DNA from: Macrostomum lignano | Lineage: Eukaryota | Direction of reading: 5' to 3' | Assembly: GCA_002269645.1 (NCBI GenBank) | Contig: NIVC01003473.1 | Span: 32,142 to 96,141, forward strand | Length of the DNA: 64,000 bases | In this document: positions 13,401-25,400 of the stretch, in pieces | How the letters are laid out: the number at the start of each line of letters is the position of its first letter | How positions within the stretch are numbered: position 1 is the stretch's first letter | Program-made: the position numbers and the translations under genes | Notes under the pieces: generated by a model | Database searches by the model: none | Told to the model about the DNA's origin: nothing | The model's input: the letters and a program-made list of their open reading frames with translations, nothing else

Positions 13401-16400
13401 GAGCCAAACACGAAGCATTCAAGCCTCAAATTGTAAAGGATTTTGGAGCAAAATCACAGTATGTAGCATTTTCTCAATTTTTTGTGACGATAATTGACGG
13501 CCTATTAACCTACTTCCGGATTTGGCGATGCAGGAGGATTCTGCGAAGAAATCTTCTCAAAAATGATTCTGATATGGTTTAGATCAGGGACCTCTAGAAA
13601 CCTCTAGACTGGATGTAAGCAAACCAAAAGCTCAGGGACCTCTAGAAACCTGGACTGGATGTAAGCATACCATCGGCTCAGGGACCTCTAGAAACCTCTA
13701 GACTGGATGTAAGCAAACCAAAAGCTCAGGGACGTCTAGAAACCTCTAGACTGGATGTGAGCATGCTATCAGCGCCGGGACCTTTAAAGTTTAGAGTTTA
13801 GGAATATTAATATTAAAGTTAAAACTGAAATCTAGACGATTTAAAAATTGTTTTAGACGCTTGAAAGTTTAGGCAAAATGGGGCGCTTCAGTGACTGAAA
13901 CTATCACTAACCTTAGACGGTTGAAAATCCTTTTCCAGTCCAGGTGACATCCAGACGTCCGTGCTGAGCCCCATCTCTCACCTTATTATCAAGCTCATTT
14001 CCCACTTCCCGCCCAGATTTTCTGTTCCAAACGCTCAGCTGTCTAAATCCGGATTAATCCAATCAGGCAGGGTTCGAGCTCTCATCTCTGCCTTCCGCTG
14101 TCTCTTTCAAGCGCATTCTCTCGGCAGTAGCCTCCGGGGCTTTTCCTGCTGGTTCTTGATGCGGGCAAGCTTGTGCTCACCCGGCTCTGCCAGCTCTCTT
14201 CGGCTGCTCACGTTGTCGCGAGAAAAAATTCGAATCGAGAGTAGAATGAACTCGATGAAGCTCAAAGCTTTTTTGTGTGGCAGGCAACCTCGCAAAATCT
14301 TTTTCTGCACACTGAATTATGATGCATCTACCCGCGAACTTTTGCATGTCCTCTTGCTGATGTTTGCTGATATCTAGGCTACAGCCTGCTCAAACTCAAT
14401 CTACAGTCTGCTCAAAATCAATCTACAGTCTGCTCAAGTTCAATCTACAGTCTGCTCAACTTCAATCTACAGTCTGCTCAAACTCAATCTACAGTCTGCT
14501 CAAACTCAACCTACAGTTTGCTCAAACTCAATCTACAGTCTGCACAACTTCAATCTACAGTCTGCACAACTTCAATCTACAGTCTGCTCAAACTCAATCT
14601 AGTCTGCTCAAGTTCAATCTACAGTCTGCTCAAACTCAATCTACAGTCTGCACAACTTCAATCTACAGTCTGCTCAAACTCAATCTACAGTCTGCACAAC
14701 TTCAATCTACAGTCTGCTCAAACTCAATCTACAGTCTGCTCAAGTTCAATCTAAAGTCTGCTCAAACTCAATCTACAGTCTGCTCAACTTCAATCTACAG
14801 TCTGCTCGAATTCAAAACAGTCTGCTCAAATTCAATCTTCAACCTGCTCAAGTTCAATCTGCAACCTACTGCATTAAACGCCCGATCCCCACCCCAAGCA
14901 GGTCAAGCAGACCCATCAGGCTTAGCCAACAACGTGTCACCATCTGCGGGCAGGCCAAGATCTCGCATTTCTGAAGCGTCGGGTCCAGCAGACACCGCCG
15001 ACAATGAGTCGGCATCTTCAGGCAGTGTGGGCAGTGGTTCGAGTCCCGACGAGGAGGAGGCGAACGACGAGGACGCCGAGGAGTGCAGCACAGCCTACAA
15101 GTACCAGCGCCGCAGGTCCCGGGCGGTTCTGTACCACCTCAGCGGCCAGTTCGAATCGAAGAGCAAAAATAAAACATTCAGCCAATTAAACAAGGTTTGA
15201 TGCAGTTTCAGTTTATTAGCAGTAATTTGCATTTTTTCCTAGGAGGGAACGGAGCATTATGAGTCAAGCAAATTTTTGCTCAATTTTGCCTTGACGAATT
15301 TCTTAACGGCGTCAAAGTGTCTCGGATCTGGGGCTACTGTGAGAAATGGCAATTTCAAGTTTCTTGTTTTGTATGCTGTTGATCTTGCAAAACATTTTTT
15401 CATTTCTTACTGGCTTGCACGCCTCTTTCAATATCGTTGGTTTTAACTCCCAGACGCTGAAATGAGAGCTGAGTCTATCGTTGCTGCATTTTGAAAAAAA
15501 AATTTTGACCAACCTGTCGAACGTAGTGAATTGAAAAGACAGGGGTGTCCACTTAAGGACAGGGTGTCCACTTGAGGACTGGGTGACAACTTGAGGACTG
15601 GGTGTCCACCTAAGGACAGGGGTGTCCATTTAAGGACAGGGGTGTCCACCTAAGGACAGGGGTGTCCATTAAAGGACAGGAGTGTCCACTTAAGGACACG
15701 GGTGTCCACTTCAAGACAGGGGTGTCCACTTGAAGACAGGGGTGTCTACTTAAGGACAGGGGTGTCCACCTAAGGACAGGGGTGTCCATTAAAGGACAGG
15801 AGTGTCCACTTAAGGACACGGGTGTCCACTTCAAGACAGGGGTGTCCACTTGAAGACAGGGGTGTCTACTTAAGGACAGGGGTGTCCACCTAAGGACAGG
15901 GGTGTCCATTAAAGGACAGGGGTGTCCACTTAAGGACAGGGTGTCCACTTGAGGACTGGGTGTCCATCTAAGGAGAGGGGTGTCCATTTAAGGACAGGGG
16001 TGTCCACTTAAGGACAGGGTGTCCACTTGAGGACTGGGTGTCCATCTAAGGAGAGGGGTGTCCATTTAAGGACAGGGGTGTCCACTAAAGGACAGGGTGT
16101 CCACTTGAGGACTGGGTGTCCATCTAAGGAGAGGGGTGTCCATTTAAGGACAGGGGTGTCCACTAAAGGACAGGGTGTCCACTTGAGGACTGGGTGTCCA
16201 TCTAAGGAGAGGGGTGTCCATTTAAGGACAGGGGTGTCCACTTAAGGACAGGGTGTCCACTTGAGGACTGGGTGTCCACCTAAGGACAGGGTGTCCACTT
16301 AAGGACAGGGGTGTCCATTTAAGGACAGGGGTGTCCACCTAAGGACAGGGGTGTCCATTAAAGGACAGGGGTGTCCACTTAAGGACAGGGTGTCCACTTG

Positions 16401-19400
16401 AGGACAGGGTGTCCACCTAAACGCGATACAGTCCACTTCAAGGCAGGAATGGCCTCTGTATGACTACTTCAATACGAATAAAAAATATCACTTTCAATTT
16501 TTTTAACCTCAACCGCGCAGATTCAGAACCTGAGCGGCAAGAGCACCCTGCCGGAGTACAAGGTTCAAGAAGTCAAACGATCCAAGGGCATCCTGCTGCA
16601 CTACGGCTTGCTGAAGATCACATGGGACTGGCTGATCCTGCTGTGCACCTTCTACATCGCCATCATGGTGCCTTACAACGCGGCGAACAGCTCGGGCAAG
16701 CTGAGGAAGGCCAACGGGGCAGACGATGCGGGCATCGCCGTGGATCTGCTGGTAGAAGTGGTCTTCATCGCTGGTGAGAAGCTGAGGTCTTGATTGGCCT
16801 GAATGGGAATCTGATCTTCAAGGGGGTCCTGAGTTCGATGGCTAAAATTATTCTTTTGTATCCTTTGTGACTCTGAGTTTGACACTGTGTGGTCCTGATT
16901 TCGATTTCTCAGCTGTGGTCCTGGTTTCGATTTCTTAAATATGGTCCTGAGTTCAATTTCTTAAGATGTGGTCCTGAGTTTGATCTTTCAGATTTAGTCC
17001 TGAGTTCGATTTTTCAGATTTAGTCCTGAGTTCGAGTTCTCAGATGTGGTCCTGAGTTCGATCTCTCAGATGTGGTCCTGAGTTCGAGTTCTCAGATGTG
17101 GTCCTGAGTTCGAGTTCTCAGATGTGGTCCTGAGTTCGATTTCTCAGATGTGGTCTTGAGTTCGATCCCTCAGATGTGGTCCTGAGTTCGATTTCTCAGA
17201 TGTGGTCCTGAGTTCGATCTCTCAGATTTAGTCCTGAGTTCGAGTTCTCAGATGTGGTCCTGAGTTCGATTTCTCAGATTTAGACCTGAGTTCGTGTTCT
17301 CAGATGTGGTCCTGAGTTCGAGTTCTCAGATGTGGTCCTGAGTTCGAGTTCTCAGATGTGGTCTTGAGTTCGATCCCTCAGATGTGGTCCTGAGTTCGAT
17401 TTCTCAGATGTGGACCTGAGTTCGATATCTCAGATTTAGTCCTGAGTTCGATCTCTCAAATTTGGTCTTGAGTTCGATTTCTCAGATTTAGACCTGAATT
17501 CGAGTTCTTAGATGTGGTCCTGGGTTCGGTCTTTAAAGTTTTGTCAGTCTATAAATTGCTTACCTTTTTCTGATTCTCCATCTGGCAAAAGCTGGGCTCT
17601 GGCCGCGCCAGAAAGTTCTCTTAAGTCTTTGCCTTTTACCAGTGTAGAAGCACGCGCGCTCCCTGCTGTGAGTCGCTGGCTTCATCCCAGACCGGCCCAT
17701 AGGTGAGAAACTCATAGCTGGCTGCAATTTCCTGTCTTGGGGAGGACATGCTGGGAGAAAGGGGTCTCCTGGGGGGATTTTAACGATTGCGATCAATCGA
17801 TTGTGTTGGCTTATAAACCTGCATGCCCGGCCACACCTGCGCCACATCTGCGGGTCAGACCGTGCAGGCAAATTTAATAACCATAATCATAGTCCCCGTT
17901 TTAATACTTTTTTGATTCTTCTGCCAATGCCGCGTGAACGCCTGGTGGTCAGAATTGGGCACAGGAAGCGACCTGGCTGGGTAACCTGGCAGTCCCTCCA
18001 TCTGGAGTTTTTCATAATTGCCTCGGATTTGCCCAAAACTGATCGCTTAATGCAATCAAGTTTCTTCTTTTATCTGACCTCGCGATAACGAGGGTTCATA
18101 TAAGGTCGAGTGTTAGGGTTAAAGAGCTACAATTGCATTTGGCAGTTGATTGATGAAGATTAATAATGAAATAAAGAGAAATATTTTCAGGGTTGTAAAA
18201 GCATGGTTGTAAAAGCTTTAGTGAGACAATCTATATTCTCAATCAATGTACTAGCGTTATGTAGTACTTTATCAAATAAAGGTTGTAAAAAGGAATATTT
18301 TAATGTACAGTCTTGAAATTCTAGCAATTTTTGTCTAAGTTTTAGGATCGGCAATGTACGAGGCGGGAAATTTATTTTTAGAATCAGCAACAATGTATAC
18401 GCCGAGAAATCTATTTTTGGAATCAGCAGCAATGTACATGCCGAGAAATCTATTTTTAGAATCAGTGGCAATGTACACGCCGGGAAATCTATTTTTAGAA
18501 GCAGCAGCAATGTACAGTCGGGAAATCTATTTTTGGAATCAGCAGCAATGTACATGCCGAGAAATCTATTTTTAGAATCAGCAGCAATGTACACGTCGGG
18601 AAATCTATTTTTAGAATCAGCAGCAATGTACACGTCGGGAAATCTATTTTTAGAATCAGCAAAAATGTACACGCTAAGAAATCTATTTTTAGAAGCAGAA
18701 GCAAAATCAGGATGGATCCTATCCACGTATTCTTTTCCAGATATCTGCATCAATTTTCGCACAACATTTGTCAGCAAAAGCGGCCAGGTGGTCTATTGCC
18801 AGAGAATGATCGCGATCAATTACATTAAGACTTGGTTCTTTCTCGACCTGCTGGCCGCTGTACCGTTTGACATCATCATTTTGATCAGCAACGCTGTCAG
18901 CTCCGACTTGGCTTCTAAAATGGTCAGTTTTAAGACTGCGTTGATTGAGATTCACATTTTCAGTTTGGTTTGTGGGTTGCTATTTGTTTAGAACTGGTGG
19001 CTCCAGTGTCAGAAGTATGATTGACAGTTTCAAATAATATACTAATAATTGATTACACCTGAAACTGACAGCTCAGCCGCAGCCGTTGCGCGGCGCATCT
19101 GAAGGCTGCGTACGGCTGTTCAGTCCAAGGGGGGTGTCGCCCTCAATTACCCCCAGCTAATGCTGGCACCGATTTTACAGCTGGGTGAATTGAAGCAATG
19201 AGGAGTTAATTGTCTTGCTCAAGGACACAAAATTGTTCCGAGTGTGATCAAGAATCGAACCCCCGACCTTCCAGTCGTGAGTCTCGACGCTCCAACCACT
19301 AGGATACAAACCTCTTGTATCTTTTATCGAAATAAATTATCGAATAGTCACTTTGGTCGCTGGGGTTTAGCAGTATTTATGTATTAGAATATTTGTAATA

Positions 19401-22400
19401 ACTAGATATCAGGAAAAATCCATCTTCACTGACACTCCGCACCGTGAAGTTCTGCCAAGACGAACAGGGCAGTTCTCAGCGCCGCGGCTTCACCAGCTGG
19501 CCATCGTGCTTCATCAACCAGCTGGAGTCCAGGGGCGCTTTCTCGGTACCTAGAGAGAGATTCATATTTTTCATGTCAATATATATTTTATAAATTTTTT
19601 GATAGATTTATTTCCGACTGAGTGACACTAGAGACTACTCATCAAGTATTTAACAGTCACTTTTTATTATGAAAAGCTTTTTACTTAATCACCGCAACGC
19701 ACTGCACTACATTCTAAACTTGATTTCTTGTTCAGGTTTTTGATAGACAGGGTGAATTTTCTACCTTTCAATTTTCAGCATATTTTATTTCCAAAGAGGA
19801 GTTTCGAGAAAATACCTAAGGACATTCTAAGAAATACCTAAAGGAATTATAGGAAATACCTAAGGAAAATCTAAAAAATACCTGAAAGGAATTCTAGGAA
19901 ATACCTAAGAGGATTCTAGGAAATAACTAAGTGAATTCTAGGAAATACCTAATTGAAATCTAAGAAATACCTGATGGAGTTCTAGAAAATACCTAACGGA
20001 ATGCTAAAAAATACCTAATGGAAGTTTAGTAAAAAGGAATGGGATTCTAAAAAATGCCTTAGAGAATTCCCGAAAATTCCATAAGGAATTGCAAGGTATT
20101 ACAAAACAGTTTTTTTCACTAAATCCATTTGAACAGGAAACTTTCAACCTGATGAAGCTGGCCAGGATGCTGAGACTGCTCAAGCTGTATCAGAAAATCG
20201 ATCGCTACGCCCAGTACTCAAGTCTGGTGCTGCTGCTGCTTATCTCCATGTTCGCCCTGAGCGCCCACTGGTTTGCCTGCATCTGGCTGGTGATCGGCCG
20301 GAAACAGCTGGAGGTCAACCAGACCAGGGAGATCAGTGAGCAGTTGAATAATCTTACCGAAATTTATTTGGGATTTCCCCCGTGAACTTGGGAGGGATTC
20401 CCCTGCGAGATTCAAAGGCATTCCCCCCGTGAACTTGGGAGGGATTCCCCTGCGAGATTCAAAGGCATTCCCCCCGTGAACTTGGGAGGGATTTCCCTGC
20501 GAGATTCAAAGGGATTTCCCCCGTGAACTTGGGAGGGATTTCCCTGCGAGATTCAAAGGGATTTCCCCCGTGAACTTGGGAGGGATTCCCCTGCGAGATT
20601 CAAAGGGATTTCCCTGTAATATTGATAAGATTTCCCTGCGAGATTTAAAGGGATTCCCCCGCTAGCCTACCTCGGATTCCCTGTTTGACTTTCCTGGAAT
20701 TCCTTTGTGGGGCTTCCCAGGCTTTCCCTATTTGCTTTTCTGGAATTCCCAAGTGAAATTCAACGTATTTTTTGCGGTGGCTCTCAGATTTCCTTGCAGG
20801 CGTCCTTGAATTCCCCATCGGCTTTCGTGGGATTTCCTGCGCATTTTTTCTGGGCCGCTGGGATTCACCCAATGAGTTCGCCAAGAATTTTTTCATTGAG
20901 AATTTTCCCGCAGTGATCCCAAAACGTCAAGGGATACCATATTGTCGATCGATTAAAAACAAAATGCAAATGTACTTTTACAACCGTTTGGCATAACTTA
21001 TCTTCGCTGCCCTGTGCCGAGCCACGCAGTGGCAGCAGCGGACACAGCTGGCATCGTAAATTATCAGCTGAAAATGTGTTATCGACTCACTGCAACTCTT
21101 TGCTGCCTCGAATTAGACTGGAAAGTACTTTTATATCCGGGTTTCTCGGCTGTCTTGTATGGGCAGAGGATAGCTTGGGTGTGTCCCCGCAATCTCAGAG
21201 GAACTGCGAGGCCGTTTATCGCGCTTATAGACTGGGGGCATTGCTCAGTGGGATAAGTCTATTATTTGAGAGCTATGATATTCACACTGGGGTATCAGCA
21301 GCCCCCCCCCTTAGCATCACCGCCTCGCTGAACCCCGCAGGCTGGATCAGCAAGCTCAGCTCCGACATCAACGCTCCGTTCGACTTCTCCTGCTCGTCCG
21401 GCGCCCCGGACGAGGACGCCTCCAGCGGCAACGGGAGCTGCAGCGTGGGTGGGCCCGCCAAGGCCTCGCGCTACATCACGGCACTGTACTACACCTGCAG
21501 CAGCCTGACGAGCATCGGGTTCGGCAACGTGTCTGCCAACACGGATCACGAAAAGATTTTCAGCATCTGCGTGATGCTGATTGGAGGTAAGATGAATAGG
21601 TGTTAATAATCCTAATTACCTGGGCAATTAAAATGAGGTGGGTGCTAATAAAATAACTCATAATTTCTTCTTGGGTAGTTAAAGATAGTGCGGCTGTTTG
21701 AACAAATCATAATTACCTGGGCTAAAATTATGGGGTGGGAGCTGAAAAACATTTACGAGTTTTGATATTGAATAGAATTACATGGGGTGTAATTCTTTAA
21801 TTAAAGGTGTAGGTAGGTATTGAAATAACTCATAATTACCTGAGTGCTTTAAGATAGGTGGATTTTGAGTACACCTAATTACCTGAGTAATTAAAGATGG
21901 GTTGGGCGGTTTGATACTGAAAACCCTAATTACCTAAGTAATTAAAGATGGTTGGGTGCTGAAAACCCTAATTACCTAAGTAATTAAAGATGGTTGGGTG
22001 CTGAAAACCCTAATTACCTGAGAAATTAAAGATGGTTGGGTGCTGAAAACCCTAATTACCTGAGTAATTAAAGATGGTTGGGTGCTGAAAACCCTAATTA
22101 CCTGAGTAATTAAAGATGGTTGGGTGCTGAAAACCCTAATTACCTGAGTAATTAAAGATGGTTGGGTGCTGAAAACCCTAATTACCTGAGTAATTAAAGA
22201 TGGTTGGGTGCTGAAAACCCTAATTACCTGAGTAATTAAAGATGGGTTGGGTGCTGAAAACCCTAATTACCTGAGTAATTAAAGATGGTTGGGTGCTGAA
22301 AACCCTAATTACCTGAGTAATTAAAGATGGTTGGGTGCTGAAAACCCTAATTACCTGAGTAATTAAAGATGGTTGGGTGCTGAAAACCCTAATTACCTGA

Positions 22401-25400
22401 GTAATTAAAGATGGGTTGGGTGCTGAAAACCCTAATTACCTGAGTAATTAAAGATGGTTGGGTGCTGAAAACCCTAATTACCTGAGTAATTAAAGATGGT
22501 TGGGTGCTGAAAACCCTAATTACCTGAGAAATTAAAGATGGTTGGGGGCTGAAAACCCTAATTACCTGAGCAATTAAATATAGGGTAGGTTTTGAAACAA
22601 GCAACCCCAAATTACCTGATCAAGTTTAGTTTGGGTTTGTGTGCAAACATCCCCTAATAAGGGTGGGGTTGCAATTGATAGATACAGATAAAAACAGGTA
22701 AAGTTGGCTTCATTCAAACGGTTCCCTGAAATGCTAAATAAGAAATCGGAACTCACTGTTCAATTAAACTATTGAATTTCATTTCATTTGCAGGATGTTA
22801 ATAAAAATTATGCAATCCGACCTCCTTGATCTAAGGTCTAATCCTGGGATTTAATCGCCAGTCCATTAGGTATCGGAACTATTCAGATGCTCGACTTTTC
22901 TCAGTAGAACTAATATATATATGGGGGACTCCCCCCAGCCGACAATTTTTTGCTGCGCCGGAACGGAGCAACGCAAGCACGCCAAATTCAAGAACACGGG
23001 GTAGCTTTTTGTTGCGCAACGTCTCAAACAAGAATCAAGTCGCCAGCCCTCCGGACTGTCGAGATATTCTACCAGAAGGTCGAATTTTTTCCAAAAGCGC
23101 TAATGTATTCAGTACACCCATGTGCGCCGATCAGCACTGCGCCTCGGTGCAGCCTTGCCAAGCCTCTAAATTTCATCACCACGTTAGCCACATGTGTCTG
23201 CATCAGCTCTGACTTTTTTGATCGCTGGCCTTCACCTGGGCGGAGCTTCTGGACCTTCAACAGGTTGCACCAGGTGACTATGGACAGAGGCGCACAGGGG
23301 TTTACTGAATACACTAGCACTTATGGAAAAAATCCGACCTTCTGGCAGAATCGTCGAAAATCTCGACGGTCCGGAAAGCTGGCGGAGGAGCTGGCAGAGG
23401 AGTTCCACTCGTCTGTAAATAAATTTATGGATTCTACACTTATGAGAGATCCTGAACTGCCCGTCATCAAGGATTTATCCCTAAACTTCCATAATCCCTA
23501 ACTTCGCAGCCCTGATGCACGCGGCCGTTTTTGGAAACGTGACCGCCCTCATCCAGAAAATGTACGCCAAGAGGGCGGCCTACACTGCCAAGACTCAGGA
23601 GCTGAAAGACTTCACGAGAACTCATCACATACCGAAACACTTGAAGCGGAGGATGCAGGAGTTCTTCCAGGCCATGTGGTCAATCAACAGGGGCATCAAC
23701 CCTAGCGAGGTGTGTCATCACCTGTAGCATAAACAAACTGCCCGATTCTCTCACCTGTAGCATAAATACACTGCCCGATTCTCTCACCTGTAGCATAAAT
23801 ACACTGCCCGATTCTCTCACCTGTAGCATAAATACACTGCCCGACTCTCTCACCTGTCCCATAAACACATTCTCTCACCTTTTGCATAAACACACTGCCC
23901 GACTCTCTCATCTGTCCCATAAACACACTTCCCGACTCTCTCACCTGTTCCATAAACACACATATCCCCACCTGCTCCATAACGCACACCTCATTCCAGA
24001 TAATGAAAGATTTCCCGGAGGAGCTCAGAGGCGACATCGCCCTACACCTCAACCGAGAGATTTTGTCTCTGCCAATCTTTGAGACCGCAAGTCAGGGCTG
24101 TCTGAAAGCGATTGCTCAACAAATCCAGACAGTATTCTGCCGCCCAGAAGAGTATCTTGTCCACTCCGGCGATGTGCTTAAATACATCTACTTTGTCGTG
24201 AACGGGTCCATGGAGATCCTCAAAGAGAATATGGTTGTGGCGATTCTGGGTGAGTGTTCTGGCTTGGGATGTGAATATGGAGATGATCGGTTTGGGGAGT
24301 TGAATATGGGTTCGTTTGATGAGAGCATTTGCTTTTGGGTTATCATGGGTTCATAAACTACTAAGTATAATAAAATTAAGTATGAATTCAACTGCTTCAA
24401 CACTGCTCAAACCTTCAAGGCAAAGGTGATTTATTCGGCACGGACATAAAGAACCCGGAGGGCCTCATGCGATCGATGTGCGACGTTCGCTCCCTGACCT
24501 ACTGCGACGTGCAGTGCATCGAGCTGAAAGGCCTAATCGAACTGCTGCTGCAGTACCCGGAGTATCACGAGAAGTTTAAAGAGGATTTGCTGCACGATTT
24601 GACTTACAATATGCGCGAGGGCAGCGACCTTGAGGTTCGACAGGGGAGAGGGGATGGCAGAAGGAGAGGGGATAACAGAGGCCTGGATGGCAGAGGGAGA
24701 GGAGATAACAGAGGCCTGGATGGCAGAGGGAGAGGGGATGGCAGATGAAGAGGGGATGGCAGAGGGAGAGGGGATTACAGGGAGAGGGATGGCAGAGGGA
24801 GAGGGGATGGCGGAGGGAGAGGGGATTACAGGGAGAGGGGATGGCGGAGGGAGAGGGGATGACAGAGAGAAGCAGCAGATGCAGACACTGGATTGCCAGA
24901 AGCGTTGCACACCCAATCAACTGCAGGAGGAAGAGTACCTGAACGAGCACTCGACCATCATGCCAGCCATCACTCTCCCCTCCATCGGCGAGGAGAAAGA
25001 GGGCGATGAAGACGATGACGATGAGGACAGCGAGCGGAGCACCGACGATGAAGGCGAGAATCAGGGCGGATCCTCTGGGCGAAAGAAATTCGATAGTGAC
25101 CCGTCTATTGGTTGTCAAGACAATGCTGTGGATAAAAGACGGAGCCCGCCGCCTCCGCCACCACCGCAGCAGGTCTTGTCGCAGCAATTAACTGAGTCAT
25201 CGAGTAGCAATAACTCAGAAGCGCCAAGGTGAGAGCTTTGATGCAATTGCTGTCGAAAAAAGTAATTTTAAAGCTGTGAAAATTCTTATCAGTTAACACG
25301 TCGAATTTGCTAAAAATATTGAAAAATCGCAATGATACTCTGTTTCAGTTGGAGCCAGAGTGTGCTTATAACACTCAGCAGGTACTCTATAACTCACTTT

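Noticed and set aside
6632-24865. Regular 20-48-bp repeats as possible CRISPR arrays
   Set aside because: Head-to-tail units with no unique spacers, no cas genes, and a spliced eukaryotic context.
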